From Zancudomyces culisetae HAW-14-8 (taxonomy: Eukaryota > Fungi > Kickxellomycota), in contig JBNJNM010000014.1 in assembly GCA_052426225.1 (NCBI GenBank), positions 372,001 through 436,000 on the forward strand: a stretch of 64,000 nt of DNA, in the 5' to 3' direction. Below are positions 1 through 13,205 of the stretch, one piece after another. Each line of letters opens with the position of its first letter. Within the stretch, counting starts at the first letter, position 1. The translations under genes and the position numbers were made by a program. Under the pieces are notes generated by a model. The model ran no database searches and was not told the origin of the DNA. It saw only the letters and a program-made list of their open reading frames with translations.

Positions 1-2245
1 AGCTCACAGTTCTTGTGTTCAACTGCATGTATAAATCCACATTCGTTAGCATTAAAGGAATCACCCTTGCTAAGCAACAGCTTTGCAATTTCCAAATTAT
101 TGTTTTTACATGCTATCTTGATACAGTCAGATATATCTTTGAAATGAATCCCAGTAAGAAAAATGTATTCCAAGTGCGCAATATCATTGAATTCACATGC
201 TATTGCAGTCATCTTGTCACAATGTTCTTCAAAATTTCTACCATTTTTAATAAATGGCTGCAAATTACAGATTTTTTGGGTACATGTTGTAGTACCACAC
301 TTGTACCGTCGTGTTTTGCTTCAAGCCCATGGTTTACGAGTATTTTTAGTACATTCTGCCTCAAAACATCTATTTCTTCTATTGTTTGTTGATAATACTC
401 GTCGTTCACATTATTAGACTGATTTCCTTTATTGATAATTGCTAATATTCTAACTTTCTGATCCGTTTCTGCTTGAGCAATAGCAGGTGGATTGTTTATA
501 ATCGAAACTAAAAGTTCTCTCAATATGACCAAATAGCTATAATGTTTTTTATATTCCTTATTGTAGAATAACAGTTTCAACTCAATATCAATTTTCTCAA
601 GCATATCATTAATCTCGCCATTGGAAAGTAGGTCAACTATTGTCTTGTAACTTAGACGCTTTTTTTCAAAAGTAAAAAACTCGCAATGGTCACATAGGAA
701 TGTTAGTATCTGTTTGAAATTGCTAATATCTGCCTTATCGTCCGGTGATATAGTTATTTGTTTTCCTGGAAACAATCGATTCAAGATCTGGTAGCCTTTG
801 TCTCTCACAACTTCAGTTAAACAACAATTCTCATTTTCCTCCAATGTAGCACCCATTTCAAATAACCTTTCTACCGGTTTTAGCTCAAGGTTACTACATG
901 CAATTTGTAGAGCATAGTTTTCTGGTTCAATAACGTTCACACCAGCATTCACTAGCTTTATCAACAGAGCTATATCATCTGAATAGTATACTCTTGATAA
1001 CAGGGTGCTTATTTTGTCTTTAGAATACTCCAACTTCAAATATACGTTAGTGAGAAGATCAATATCGTGAGTTATTGCAATCACCTCAAACACCAGTTCC
1101 TTATTGGTCTCAAATAACTTGTGGCTGATCAAAGCTCTTGTTAATCCTGGCCGATTTTCTATAATCGAAACGTAAATAGAAAAGAGATACACCTAGTTCA
1201 AACCCAAGTCAATGTTTTTTGTCAGTACATTAAACTTTTGGAGTTTCATTTTCATAAAATCGTTGGTACCAAGTTCGGTGGCTATGTATTCAAAATCAAA
1301 TTTATATTCAATGTCTATCATGTACAACATAATGTCAAGTCGGTTGAGTGAAATGGAATTGTAGATTTTGTGCACCAGATAATATCCCATAATGAGATTG
1401 TCAGACAACCTTAAACCTTCTAGTTGATTTTTGACCTCTTTATCTTTTTCCTCGATATGTGAGGTATCAATAGGTTAGTTATAGAGCTTTAGAATTTGCT
1501 TGATTTCATCTAATTCTTCGGCTTTTGAGTTATAAACATATTCAAAAAAGTAAACCATCTCGATGAAACCATCACTTTTGTTAAAACATCGTTTGAAAGT
1601 TTTCACATTGTCAGAAAAAATCCAAGTTATGAATTGTTCGTAATTCGATCGGAAATATGTATGGAAAGCAGGAACTACCAAGTAATCCTTTATCTCGATA
1701 ACTGTACTTTGAAAGTACTTGTCATCCACATCGTACTGGTTGATTTTTGGCACGACGTGGTATCCCTTAATCAGGGTTGTATTCCTAAATATAATATTTT
1801 TGATATTCTTATCGTATACTAAATAAAAAGAGGTAAGTTTTTCTAAAGTTTGATCCCATTTCTGTGATAGTGCCAATTCGAATAACTCTGAGTACAGAGT
1901 TCCGTCAAAATATGATAGTAGGCGTATAGATATTTGTTCGTGCTTCGCAATCGATGGGTGGTTTTTGAGAAAAGTTAAATAATTTTCAAAAGAATATACT
2001 GGTTCGAGACTGGCATGGCACTCTGAAGCTTCGTGTGTACACGGGTACTGATCACTTTCTCCACACTTCTTTGTGTTCTCGCTTTTGTATTGCTCTAAAG
2101 CCTTTTTTACTGCAGAAGCCAGCACTTTTGCGGATCTCGATGCGTTGAAAAAGTTTTTAGTTAAGTCGTAAAATTCAACCTCTCTAACATAGCAGAGTAT
2201 TCTGATCGCGATTTACTCGGTGATTTGGTTAAATTTGGCTCCCAT
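1..2245 (-). pseudogene. Disrupted ankyrin-repeat protein gene (runs off the window's left end)
   Basis: ATG at 2245 (MGAKFNQITE*IAIRILCYV...). ORFs 1475..2125, 1193..1408 and 209..1192 are all in one frame, separated by single stops (TAA 2213-2215, TAA 1475-1477, TAG 1193-1195). A 1-nt frameshift, probably in the A6 run at 272-277, restores ...KMTAIACEFNDIAHLEYIFLTG...IKIACKNNNLEIAKLLLSKG. This and ENYALQIACSNLELKPVERLFEMGA are ankyrin-like repeats. Confidence 0.75.
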
Positions 2246-3686
2246 TTCACCTTTTAGGTGCCGTTCCTAGCTTTGGTTTATTCACTTCTTCAATAAAAAG
2301 TTTTTTACTACTACTAACCATTTTGTAATTTTTCACTTCAAATTATATCAGATCTTGGGGTTTTGCTTTGATCTCAATTGTTGAGAATTTAGCTAAGTAC
2401 CATTGGATGACTCATGGGTTCATTTTTCTTGGATTATTAGAAGTTGGAATAATATTGAATGGCAGTAATTAACCAGAATGTTTTTAGGTGCAGCCACAAG
2501 AAAATACACTTGATACTATCACAGTAAAGTGGGCTATAAGATTTTATTTATTTCATGCTTGGTCTACTCATAGGTAAAAATAGTATTTTTCCTACGAATA
2601 CACACTTTTACTATATTTCAAGAAGACTAGTAAGGCTGTGAATGTAGGGTATTGAACCAGAGCAGTTTCTGCTGTTTTAGCCATTTTGCTTTTTAATTAA
2701 TGTGCGCAAAAAAAGAAAATCAGGCGGGTAATGGAAGTAATCTAATATTCATTTTGTAGTGTTGTAGAGAATCTAATAATGAATACTCTCAGACACATAA
2801 AGTTCACTCCATACTGACACACTGGTGTATACATCCTCATGTCAATTCCAAATACCTCTGTGATGCCATTCAAGGTGGGGGGGGGATCAAATCACAACCC
2901 TTTTCTTTTCAATTTCCTCTTAGGTAAGAGCCCTCTCAATCACTTCAATTTGATTGGTATCCAAGAACCATTTCCTCAAAAAAATTATCCAAATGAGTAG
3001 AACACCTTTAGAGAACTCCGCAGTTGCACCAAAACTACCCTTTCTTCGTATGCTTTTTCGGAAGGTGGCTAAAATAAGCTTTCTATTGACCTTGGATGCA
3101 TCTACGATGTGTCTAGTCTGTTTTAATGTGGAGCAAAGTGATGTGAGAAATCCATTGTTTTGAAAGAGGGTAAACAAACCCAGCAAATTGATAGAGCGAT
3201 TTTTGCGGTAGAAATAAGCGTTTTTGGATTTCCTATTTTTTTTACATAGTTTTGGGCTTCGTTTTTTTATTAAGGTTATAATTGTCCGATTTTGCTTGCT
3301 TTTCATTTAAGTTTGAAGTTGAAATGAATACAGGCAGTAAACAAAAATAGAAAGATAAAAAACACGCAAATATGATTGGTAGTCAGCAGCCATATGAATT
3401 AAAAAACAAGTTCACATTCGCAAGAAATGGGTTGTTTATCCTGCAGAGCCTACATACTCAGCAAATCATTTGCAAGGAATGCTCACAACTATTTCACAGT
3501 GGTAAAAAAAAACCAGTAGCAATATATAGCAGAGACTCGCTTACAAAAACGCATCTAAATTAACAACTTTTTTCAGAGTATATAATCTTAATAAAAGCGC
3601 CGCTTGACAGACACAGGACTATGGTGTATTTTTATATATCACCACTCTTTACAGCAAGATAACTTACACAAAGAATACTTGAAACT

Positions 3687-5735
3687 ATGGCTTCGGAACG
3701 AAGAGTTGAAGAGAGAGCAACTGAGCCAAGGAGTACACACTTTAAATTATATGAATATTCATTGAGGGTTTTCTTTTTTGTTGGCATTGTAACCGTAAGC
3801 ATAATAACCTCTGCAGTGCTGTATTGGATATTTTATGAGCTGTACATGCCAGCGCATGAGATAAGAATACCCGTATATCTACAATATCCAAACGAAAATC
3901 TCAGCTCGGGCACAAAAGGCGGAACAGGTCGAAGAAATGCAGGAGCAAATGCCATCGTTGATCTCTCAATGGGGAGCAAGTCAATACTGTCCAATAATGT
4001 AGAATATACTTTTAACTTGGATCTCAATATCCCGAGTTCCCAGCACAACATGGAGATAGGAAATTTTATGGTTAGTATTGCGTTGTGTGATGAGAAAGAC
4101 ACACCGGTTTTATATTCCTCAAGACCTGCACTAGCCACGTACAAAACAAATCTGGCTACCTGGGCTAATAGTATGATGAGAATGCCACTGCTTTTATTTG
4201 GACTGGCGAAGGAAAATGAAGTGCTGAGTGTATCGATGTTTGAGAGGGTTAAAAATAGCCAAAATAAAATAGTTAAGGGGATGATTGAGATAGGAAACAG
4301 TAATCTAAATGTTTATAATACAGAACTGGTGATACATGCGAATTTCGGTGGAATAAGGTATTTCATGTACTATTGGAGGGTACCAACAGCAACTTTTTTT
4401 ATAGTGCTATCATTGCTGCTTCAAGTTGGTTTTGCACTTTTCAGCTGGTCACTTCTCGAAAAGTATATTCACAACAATGCGCAAGTGGTTGATAGCGTAA
4501 CACAAAATATGGCCGTTTTTAGAAGCAAGAGAGGAAGTAGTCACAGTAGTATGGGTAGTATTTCTAATGGTTACGGGGGCAACAGCGGAAATGAAATCCA
4601 TTCAAGAAGGTCTACAGATACCAGCAGAGATAGCAGTATTACTGGAGCGAACATAAAAAATGACAGCAGGGGAGTTGTTGGATATTTAAGGGATAATGCA
4701 TCAAGCAACATCCATGCATTAAATTTGCGAATTAGCGGGTTGATGAGCAATATTAGAGGATTCAACCCCGTTCGATCCGCTTCACCAGATACAGAGTCTA
4801 CAAAAAGGGGGGATCTTTTTCTTAAGGGGCGTAGTGGTGGACGCAGAAGTTCGGAAGATATTGATGATCTTTTATTATCGTCTAATTCTTCAGATGCGTA
4901 TACTTCAGATTGTATGCATGGCAAAGGTGACTCGTACAAGTTTATTCGGAGCAGTTCTGCCACTAGTGATGGAGCTAGCAAGGGCTTTTTAAATAGGACC
5001 GAAAAGCATGAAGGAAAAGCAGAAACAGCAAAAACTGTGTATTCCAAGTTTAAAACCCCAACGAAACAATCAATTGCGAGAAAAGCTAAATCTACAATGA
5101 AACAACCTGAAAAATTTGATTTGAGAGGTGGTGGATCAATTCCACAGTTTGATCCCAGTGGGCACATAAAGTCATCAAGTTCAGAAAGCATGTCTTCAAA
5201 GAGTGGCAACAATCATGCAGTAGATACTTTATCTGAGGCGTCTGGGTATTGCTTTGTCGAAGAAAATGATCAGGCTCATCCAGAGACGAAGGATCAGCAA
5301 GTGAAAAATCCAGCACAGACGCAAACTCAAACCCACACACAACCACAAGATTATCCACAGTCACAGCCACAATCACAATCACAATCACAATCACAGGCAA
5401 AGGCAAAGGCAAAGGCGAATACCAAGACATCTTCAAAACAGGGACCTGGCAGCACTTTAGGCAATTTAAAAAGCACTGAAGCATTTAAAGAGCTCGTTGG
5501 CAGTTTGCCCAACCTGAATGTAGGTTTGAGCGAAATCTCAGTTCCTAAATCGCAATCAAATACGCATACCTCGCCTACAAAAGTTGTGGCGTCCCCGTCG
5601 ACAAATTCCAACGATAGCAACAAGAAAAGTAGTCTTACCAGCAGTACTCTGGAGAAGAAGCCGCCAGTTATAGATGATGGTGATAAAGACATTGATACTG
5701 AAGAGTTTGGTGTTGTTCCTGAAGCATCTAGCTAG
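3687..5735 (+). CDS. BSCL2: Seipin (lipid-droplet biogenesis protein) with a long low-complexity C-terminal tail
   Basis: Two TM segments flank a lumenal domain with seipin motifs (YMP...PVYLQY, NMEIGNFMV, SSRPAL, HANFGGIRYFMYYW). Single 682-aa ORF with an S/Q-rich tail. Confidence 0.9.
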   Translation: MASERRVEERATEPRSTHFKLYEYSLRVFFFVGIVTVSIITSAVLYWIFYELYMPAHEIRIPVYLQYPNENLSSGTKGGTGRRNAGANAIVDLSMGSKSILSNNVEYTFNLDLNIPSSQHNMEIGNFMVSIALCDEKDTPVLYSSRPALATYKTNLATWANSMMRMPLLLFGLAKENEVLSVSMFERVKNSQNKIVKGMIEIGNSNLNVYNTELVIHANFGGIRYFMYYWRVPTATFFIVLSLLLQVGFALFSWSLLEKYIHNNAQVVDSVTQNMAVFRSKRGSSHSSMGSISNGYGGNSGNEIHSRRSTDTSRDSSITGANIKNDSRGVVGYLRDNASSNIHALNLRISGLMSNIRGFNPVRSASPDTESTKRGDLFLKGRSGGRRSSEDIDDLLLSSNSSDAYTSDCMHGKGDSYKFIRSSSATSDGASKGFLNRTEKHEGKAETAKTVYSKFKTPTKQSIARKAKSTMKQPEKFDLRGGGSIPQFDPSGHIKSSSSESMSSKSGNNHAVDTLSEASGYCFVEENDQAHPETKDQQVKNPAQTQTQTHTQPQDYPQSQPQSQSQSQSQAKAKAKANTKTSSKQGPGSTLGNLKSTEAFKELVGSLPNLNVGLSEISVPKSQSNTHTSPTKVVASPSTNSNDSNKKSSLTSSTLEKKPPVIDDGDKDIDTEEFGVVPEASS

Positions 5736-6087
5736 TTAGAACAACGATTAAAGATGATACTATCCTTGATAGTGCTACCTGTATCAATATCAATATCAGT
5801 ATGATTTTTTATTAGCTATTTTCTCTTTTTTTTTGCTTTGTAGTTTAGATTTTGTAACCGTTTTCCTTTTATGTGGGATTTTTTAGCACATCCTTATATC
5901 TTTTTTGCTGTCTTTGAACACAAATTAAAATTTCGATTAAAACCAGTGCTAAAACGGTAAAACTGTAAAACGGTTACCATTTAATTAAATACTTTGACAA
6001 CTGCTATTACATCTTCAGAATTGAAACACCAAAATACTCAATCAATATACATTCGAAAGCATAAAGCGAACCAACTGTATATTAAAG

Positions 6088-6620
6088 ATGTCTGAAGCTT
6101 TAACAATGTACGTGGTGGTCAGAAGAGACCTAATAAAAGTGAGTATTGGATTAACTACAAATTCAAAGTGATTTAACGCATTTGCTAGTAAATATTTAAC
6201 AAATCTGTTTATCTTTGTAGGTGTTGAAATGGCCATTGGGAAGGTACCTATTTATTTAGAATCGCTATATATGATTACTATACCACCACCGATTCATTCC
6301 TCTGTAACAAATAAAACTTGTAAATAAAAAATAGTGTAATTTCGCAGGCCTGTCACGCAGTTAGCGAATGTATTTGGAAAAACCGCGAACATGAGTCTGT
6401 TGTGCAGTACATGAACGATTCCAAAAATATGCACAAAGTTACCCTCAAGGTCGACAGCGAAAATGAGTTGCGCGAGTTGAGTGAACAGTTGAACACAGAA
6501 AATATTCTACACAGTCTGTGGAGAGAACAACCTGAAGATATACTTACCTGCTTGGCAACTGTTCCTATCTATAAGAAAAACGTTGAACACATCTTTAAAA
6601 AATATTCGTTATTAAGATAA
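6088..6620 (+). CDS. PTRHD1: Peptidyl-tRNA hydrolase domain protein PTRHD1 (Pth2 family), 3 exons
   Basis: Exons 6088-6138, 6221-6243, 6335-6620 with GT-AG introns give MYVVVRRDLIKVLKWPLGSVISQACHA...MHKVTL...LWREQPEDILTCLAT. Confidence 0.9.
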
Positions 6621-6924
6621 AACGCTACAACTTGTCCTGCTTTCCAGCTAGTCATATGTATAGCCCTTTTTTCTTCCCGATAAATGCTACTACGCATATG
6701 CCAATACATAAAAGTAAAAGCGAGCACGGTATCATTTGAACTAGAGTAGTAGAGACTAAAATATATATAAAGCTAAACAAGAAAAGATCAAAATAGTCTC
6801 AAAATGCATCTAGCTTGCTTTGGATTTTATGATACCAGAAAAGCGAGTACAACAAATCATAAGTGGTTGTAAAACGAGTATTTCTGTAGTAGCGTATATA
6901 TATAGTCTCTTTTATTGGAGTTTC

Positions 6925-9900
6925 TTACAAAATAAAGTAGCTAGGAAAGTACGAGTTGAACAAAACTTTGACGCGAAATACTAGGGTTTTGTAATCATCA
7001 ACCGAAACCTTGTGAGGCAAAAGTGATTTGTTCGATAGAATCTCATTGGCTGAGTCGAACATGGTTTTGAAAAGCGATCTGAGCGTGTTGCTGGTTTGGA
7101 GATTGGTAGGTACAGTTGTAGTTGTCATTATGGGTGTGGATCCTGGCGTGGGTGTTGATATTGATACTAATGCTGGTGCTGATGCTGATACTGGCGCTGA
7201 TTGAAGATAATGTGAATTTGAAATGTTTTTAAATAGTGATTCTAATAGTAAAAAATCTAAAGTGTTGTTGCTTTTACCACCACCAGATGTAGCACGACTA
7301 CAATTGAGATTTAAAAGCAAATCTACTGGAAAATCTACATCACCAACCCCCTGGTTGTATCTAACATTATTCCCAAGGGAGCTTGAATTTGCGAGGTAAA
7401 GTTGAATTTCTGTTATAAACTTGTATACATAGTGTTGCAGGTTCAGGTCTAATAGCATCACAAACCACCAATGCACAATTTCAGATTTCAATCTGGCGAA
7501 ATCTTCAAAATCAAGATATTGAATTGCATTTGACATGAACATTGAAATCGTCAATCTCCTCAAGTACTTATCGATGATTATGGAAAACGAATTCTTGCCA
7601 TAATCTAAAAAGTAACTGTCCCAGTTGTAATTGAACGCAACATTATTAGCTATAGTTGTGTTAGTATTATCGGGATTAGTGTTGTTGTCATTGTGGTTAT
7701 TGCTGGCAATATACCTGCTCATTTTGCTATGACCCACAAGTATTTGTAACAGCAATGTCAGAGCCTTTACTCGCTTATTCAAGAGTACCAAGTTGTAGGA
7801 ATAAGCCTTTCCATAGTTGGTCGAGATTTTGGAGTTCATTCCTATGATGGAAGATCTCAAGTCTGCTACCCAATATGTTTGCAACACCTCGATTATCTTT
7901 GAGAAAACAACGCTGTACTCTTGATGATTATTATTACCATGCAATTCAGCAGAAATATCGTTTCCAGAGTATTTAGAAGCATTATTGCTACATGAATCAA
8001 AGTTTGGTAAGGTTCTATCACCAAACTCGTGTCGTGGGTTCACAGGATTTGCATTTGTAAGCGCACCAGTGACATATTGATGCTCCTGCTTTTGGATTTT
8101 ACAGATAATAGTCAAAATATCTTCGAGAAGTTCCAGTGCCAGCCGCTGTGGATTGAAGGTAAAGATTTCTGAGCCGAGGGAGATGCTTTTAAACAAACTT
8201 GCATTGAGAAGGAGGTATACCAAGCCTAAAAATCCGGTAGGAGGGAGTATACTACCAGTGTTAATATTGGCATTGCTAGCGTGATCCAAGGAGGTCGTCA
8301 AGAGCCTTGTTGCAGACTTGAGGAGTCTGTCAATACAAATTTGCAATGTGAAGCTCTTACAGCTAGATGCTAGGTAGAGCTGCGTGTACTTTTGCAAGTA
8401 GTTATTCCACTGATATATGCATAGCCGTTGGCAGTCATAATAATAATACCCGTCGGTTCTTTTCTTGTTATTTGGTGTGTTCTTATGCGATAGGTCTCTC
8501 CGTTTAGTACCAGGGTTGAGCTTTTCAAGGTCAAAGTTTATGAGCCTAACCGTAATTATTTTTGCGGTGGTGAGCCAGTTTTCCATCAAAAGATCTGATG
8601 CAAAGCTGTTTGTCATGGCGGAATCAGAGGTGTTATTGGTGCCAACCGAGTTTAACAAATCATCAACAATGTTGAATTTCTGCTGGATAAGACGCAGCGG
8701 GTTTATAATGTCTTTGTTTGTAGTTTTTAGAATCACATCGAACAGCATCAAAGAGTACAGGACAGACGTTTTTTTACCACTCTCGACTTCAACGGCATTA
8801 GGATGGGTGTTCGCAGCAGCAATATTATTCTTGTTGTTGTGACTAGATGTATTGCTAAATGTTTTTGTGGGCAAAATTTTACTAACCAAAACTCTCCATT
8901 CTTTTAAAAATGTTGGGTTTAGGCAAGCCGACCAAAGGTTGAATGTATCATATAATATCCTCAAATACACCATTGTCATCCTGTTTTTGAAAAAATATTC
9001 TGAACATTCACAAGTTTCAGGAAATTCAGAGTACGTAAAATCTGCTGGGCCTTGTAGCTCCGTTTTTCCATGCTCTTCAAAGTACAGCACATGCAATTTG
9101 TACACTAGCCTTGTAGTTAATGCCAGCGAAAACCCACTTTCTTGGCATACGCATTTCCCACCGCCAATAATACTCTTTGTGTGTTTTGTACCCAAATTTG
9201 ATGTTGTAAGCTTATGTAAAACGCTTAGCCCGCTTTTTCTACTTACTACATCGCATTTATCCACAAGAAAGCCTTCTAAAAAGCACTGGAAACTACTATT
9301 GACATTATTAATGTTGGTTTGGTTTGGTGATAAACCAAGGTAGTAGGGAAATGTACTGGATGATGAGATGCCTTTCTTGGAAAATTGGGTTAATGGTAAC
9401 ATCATTTTGATGAAAAAATTCCACAAATTCTTTCTTGATATTGTTGGGTGCTTTTCAAGCGCAGTCCAGATATTTTCGCACCCAGAGATTTTACTTTTAT
9501 AGAACGTCGATATAGCTGGATCAATTGAGCTGTTTGAATAGCATAAAGCATCATAGTTGGTTAAATTTATTAGAGCCACCAAAAGCTCGATGTTCCAGCC
9601 TTCAGAGTTCTCGCCTTTGCTCCATCTATCATCTCCACCAATTATAATTGACAGGCTGTCCCCTGTATTTAGATACTTCCATTTTCTTGTTATTTTATTA
9701 ACATCCAAGTTATCAACTACCAACTCAACAAGTGAGCTCAGGCATAGTGAAAGCATACCGTTCAATTTTTGCTCAAATAAAGCCACTTTGTCCGATGTTG
9801 TATTAAGATTGCTGGATCCAAAGGCAATTGTAGCGGGCTTTGGGCCCACAATAGAATGCAGCTCTCTTCTGGCGACGTGATTCTCGCCAACTCCAAAATC

Positions 9901-12900
9901 GTCCTGGTTGATACTTAGCTGCACTTTTGCTAGTACGCACTTCATTACAAGGACAACCACAAATATGTTTAAAAAAAAGAACGACTTTTTCTCAGCAGGA
10001 ATCTCAACAGAGAGAGTCGACATGTGTGTTTTAATAAGCGCAGATAGTTCATCCATTTTGCTGGCCATGAGCTTCAGATTCTCTGAACTTTTCTCCGTCG
10101 AAAGTACGTTCGAGTATGAAGCAATTTTATCGAATATCAACATCGTTTGGCCAAACTCACCGTCAAATGGAGAATATAAAAGGCTGTTCAACCAAGTTAT
10201 AATATCCCTTTCATTTACCAGTGTTGATGAAATTTCAGTATCAGTGTTTGTATTAATCTCGCGTTCATTTTTGAATAGTAGACTTTCTAGCCTGTTTAGA
10301 ATAGTTGAAACCATTCCTTTCCCTACAAACGAACTTTTGTCAAAGTATATACCGCTTGGTAGTTGATATATATCGCTTATACCTAAGTGTTCTTTTTTAT
10401 CTACAGCTTTTGCAAAACCATTATCCTCGTTTGAACTTACATTTGCACATATATTTACATTTTCATTTTCATTTTCATATCTATTTTGAGTATTCTTTCT
10501 GTTTTTGCTTTTGTTATTTTTTCTTTCTGGAAACAAAGATCTGATATATTCCGCCTTATTCTTGTCAACTACACGCGCCGCAGGTTTTGGCCTTCCTTGT
10601 AGTTTGCTTTTCATATAGCTGGGTAAAATAGATTTTGGAGTTTCATTATTGGTTGTTGGATTGCTATTATCATAGTATGTTTTTAGCGTTCTCTGTCTAT
10701 TTTTTCTACTTTTGAACGTAATGACACCAGGATTATCACCTGCAGTGCCCCCTCCAACCATATTGCTGTATTTTCTCCCCTCAACCCCAAACAACTGATA
10801 GCCAAATGGCTCCTTTTCCATCCCACCATCTACCCGGATGCCATCACTCCTCTTGTTCACATCCACTTCCTTGCGTCTACCCCGCACAGTTTTCCTAAAC
10901 CTGTTTACGTTTATTACGCCACGTTGCTTTTTTGAGTTGAATTTTATCCTCCCTTCTGGTGCGCGGATTTTGGCCTTTGTCTTGCGCTTTGATGTGGTAT
11001 TTCCATTATATTTGGGCGGCGAACCTCGATCGTCGTATTCGTAATCCACCATATCACTGCTACTTTCCCCAAAACCACTACGTATGCTTGCTACATCGCT
11101 GTTGCTTTCACCTCTTGGGAAACAAACCCGTCTAACATCTAATATTCCAGTTCTCCACACCTCGATTATCTTTATCGCTACAGAGTCGTTTGTTACCTTT
11201 TTATACGGACTATCATATTCCACTTTACCCACCGCCCCATTTATATTATCATTTTTGTTATCAGGAAGTTTATGCCGCAATTCTCTCGCAGCAACTCTCA
11301 AAAATAATGGTGCCTTTTTCCCACTGGGATATTGCCATTTATACACATCCATAAAAGTTATTTGGCCCATATACCTTGATTGCACATTTTCCATATCCTT
11401 TCCTGATGATATGCTCATGTAGTTCTCTATTATTGATAGTTATGTTAATGTCTAATTCACTTAAACCTACCCCCCCCCATTTTCCAACTTTTCTGGAAAA
11501 ATTCAAATACACTTTACACACATAAATCTCATCAAATCTTACCTCTTTTCGAGTGTCTGGAACCTCTTTTTCTCCCAATCCCTGTTTTAGGTCGATTTGC
11601 CTTCCTAAAAGTTGTTTTCGGTTTTATAGTAGCCTTTCTACTGCCGTAGTCGCTAGAAGAACTGACATTCGAATTGCTTCTATAAACTCTTCGCAAAAAT
11701 GAGGCCGGTAGTACCCCTCTTATGGATTTTTTGTTTAATAATGGCTTTTTATTTTTTCGTTTTTCTAGCCTCGATACTGGAGAATCCGATTGTTCGATGC
11801 TACTTTTTTTACTGCTAGCATCCGTAAGTATTACCCTTGGTCTTTTTTTCCCCTGGGTACCAAGATTTTGTCTCGCAAAGTTGTAGTGGTAGCCTTTTAC
11901 AAAGCCTATAGAGCCACTGTCATCACTATCATCAACGTTTATGTTATGTTTGACTGTATTTGCAGATTTTTCTTTGATACCTTTGTTGATACCACTATTA
12001 TATTCTTCATTTTTTTGTTCACTTAGAAAACTATTTTGACTACGCAATATTCTACTGATTTCACTTATACCGTTCAAGTCACTTAAACTACTATCCATAT
12101 CAAAATCTATATCCATATCTAGACCATCCCTATCCTTTATTGCTACATTTTTTTTATGTGTACCATAAGTTTTAGATCCCTCTTGACTTCTTAGTTGATT
12201 TATCCATGTTTTAACTCTTTTTTTTCCAATTGCTGCCTTTCTTCTCTTTTTAAATGTTCTTTTAACCGCTCTGGGTCTATGCTCCTTTCCGCGTTGACTA
12301 ATCCTAGAATTGGTTCTAGAGGTCGGCTTATCAATTTTCTCGTTTAACAACTCAGCACTCTTTATTACATCGCTTTCTGCGCTTTCTTCGGCATCACCAT
12401 TGTAGTATTCGCCACTGGAACCCTCCCCTCCCTCACCTGCTGCTTTATTAATAATTATATGCTTTTTTTTGTTTTTTCCAGGTTCGTATAGCACACTCAA
12501 ATCAATTTTATTGTATTTACCATATGGAACTTGCCCTGGTTTCGTCCATGTAAACTTTGTGTAGGGATGTAAAGACAGCTCTGTTCGCTTTCGAAATGAA
12601 TATCTTCCGTGTTGGTTGTTCTCTTCCATTTCTTGCTGCTTCGAGTTTTTGGATATTTCAACACTTACAAGCGAACCGAATTTAGTCGGCCCTAGTGAAT
12701 GTTGGCTTTTCCGTTTTAGTATGTCTATACTTACCAGTTTCAGCCCCATTTGAATACTCAGACTCGCGTTCGAGTCGTATGTAATTGGTATACCATTATC
12801 GTTCTTTATAAAACCATTATAATCCCCAAACCCGCCTGTTATGTTTCTGGTATTGCCACTATTATTTTCGTGTCGTGATAACACACTCCTGAGTTTCTTT

Positions 12901-13205
12901 TCCGCAGCTTTTATTTTTTCATCCATAATACTCTCGCCTGAGCTAAACCTATCGCCTTCAGTATCTAAAGTAAATGCCGTTATCCCTTTTCTTATTAAAT
13001 CCATAGGGCTTTCTTGCATCGCTTTCCCAAAGACTCGTACATCATGCTGGATATCCGCGGCATATGGATCCTTTTCTAGGCTATTTTTTGGGCTTTCTTC
13101 ACGCCCAAACGTTCCAAGTTCTTTTGCTTCAACTGCTTCGGTATTATCCTCTAGGGCTTTGCTATTCACTGAGCTTTTTACAGAAATGGCAATTCCAGGC
13201 GCCAT
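6925..13205 (-). CDS. MMS22/Mus7-like replication-fork repair protein, 2 exons, about 2054 aa
   Basis: ORFs 11532..13205 and 6925..11418 join in frame across a phase-1 intron 11427-11542 (GTAAGA...CATTAAC...ATAG). Motifs RYSFRKRTELSLHPY and IRGVLPASFLR resemble fungal Mus7/Mms22 N-terminal motifs, followed by a long helical C-terminal region. Confidence 0.6.

Noticed and set aside
1193-2215. Stop-codon reassignment (TAA/TAG read as sense) to explain the in-frame stops of the ankyrin gene
   Set aside because: Conserved genes in the window end at TAA/TAG and have no internal stops. The same gene also carries a frameshift, so pseudogenisation is simpler.
2407-2415. Perfect ATGACTCAT (Gcn4/AP-1) site upstream of the ankyrin pseudogene
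   Set aside because: A single 9-mer with no supporting context; chance is plausible.
2700-3306. 128-aa minus-strand ORF and flanks as a gene or transposon remnant
   Set aside because: No recognisable motif, terminal repeats or coherent splice model.
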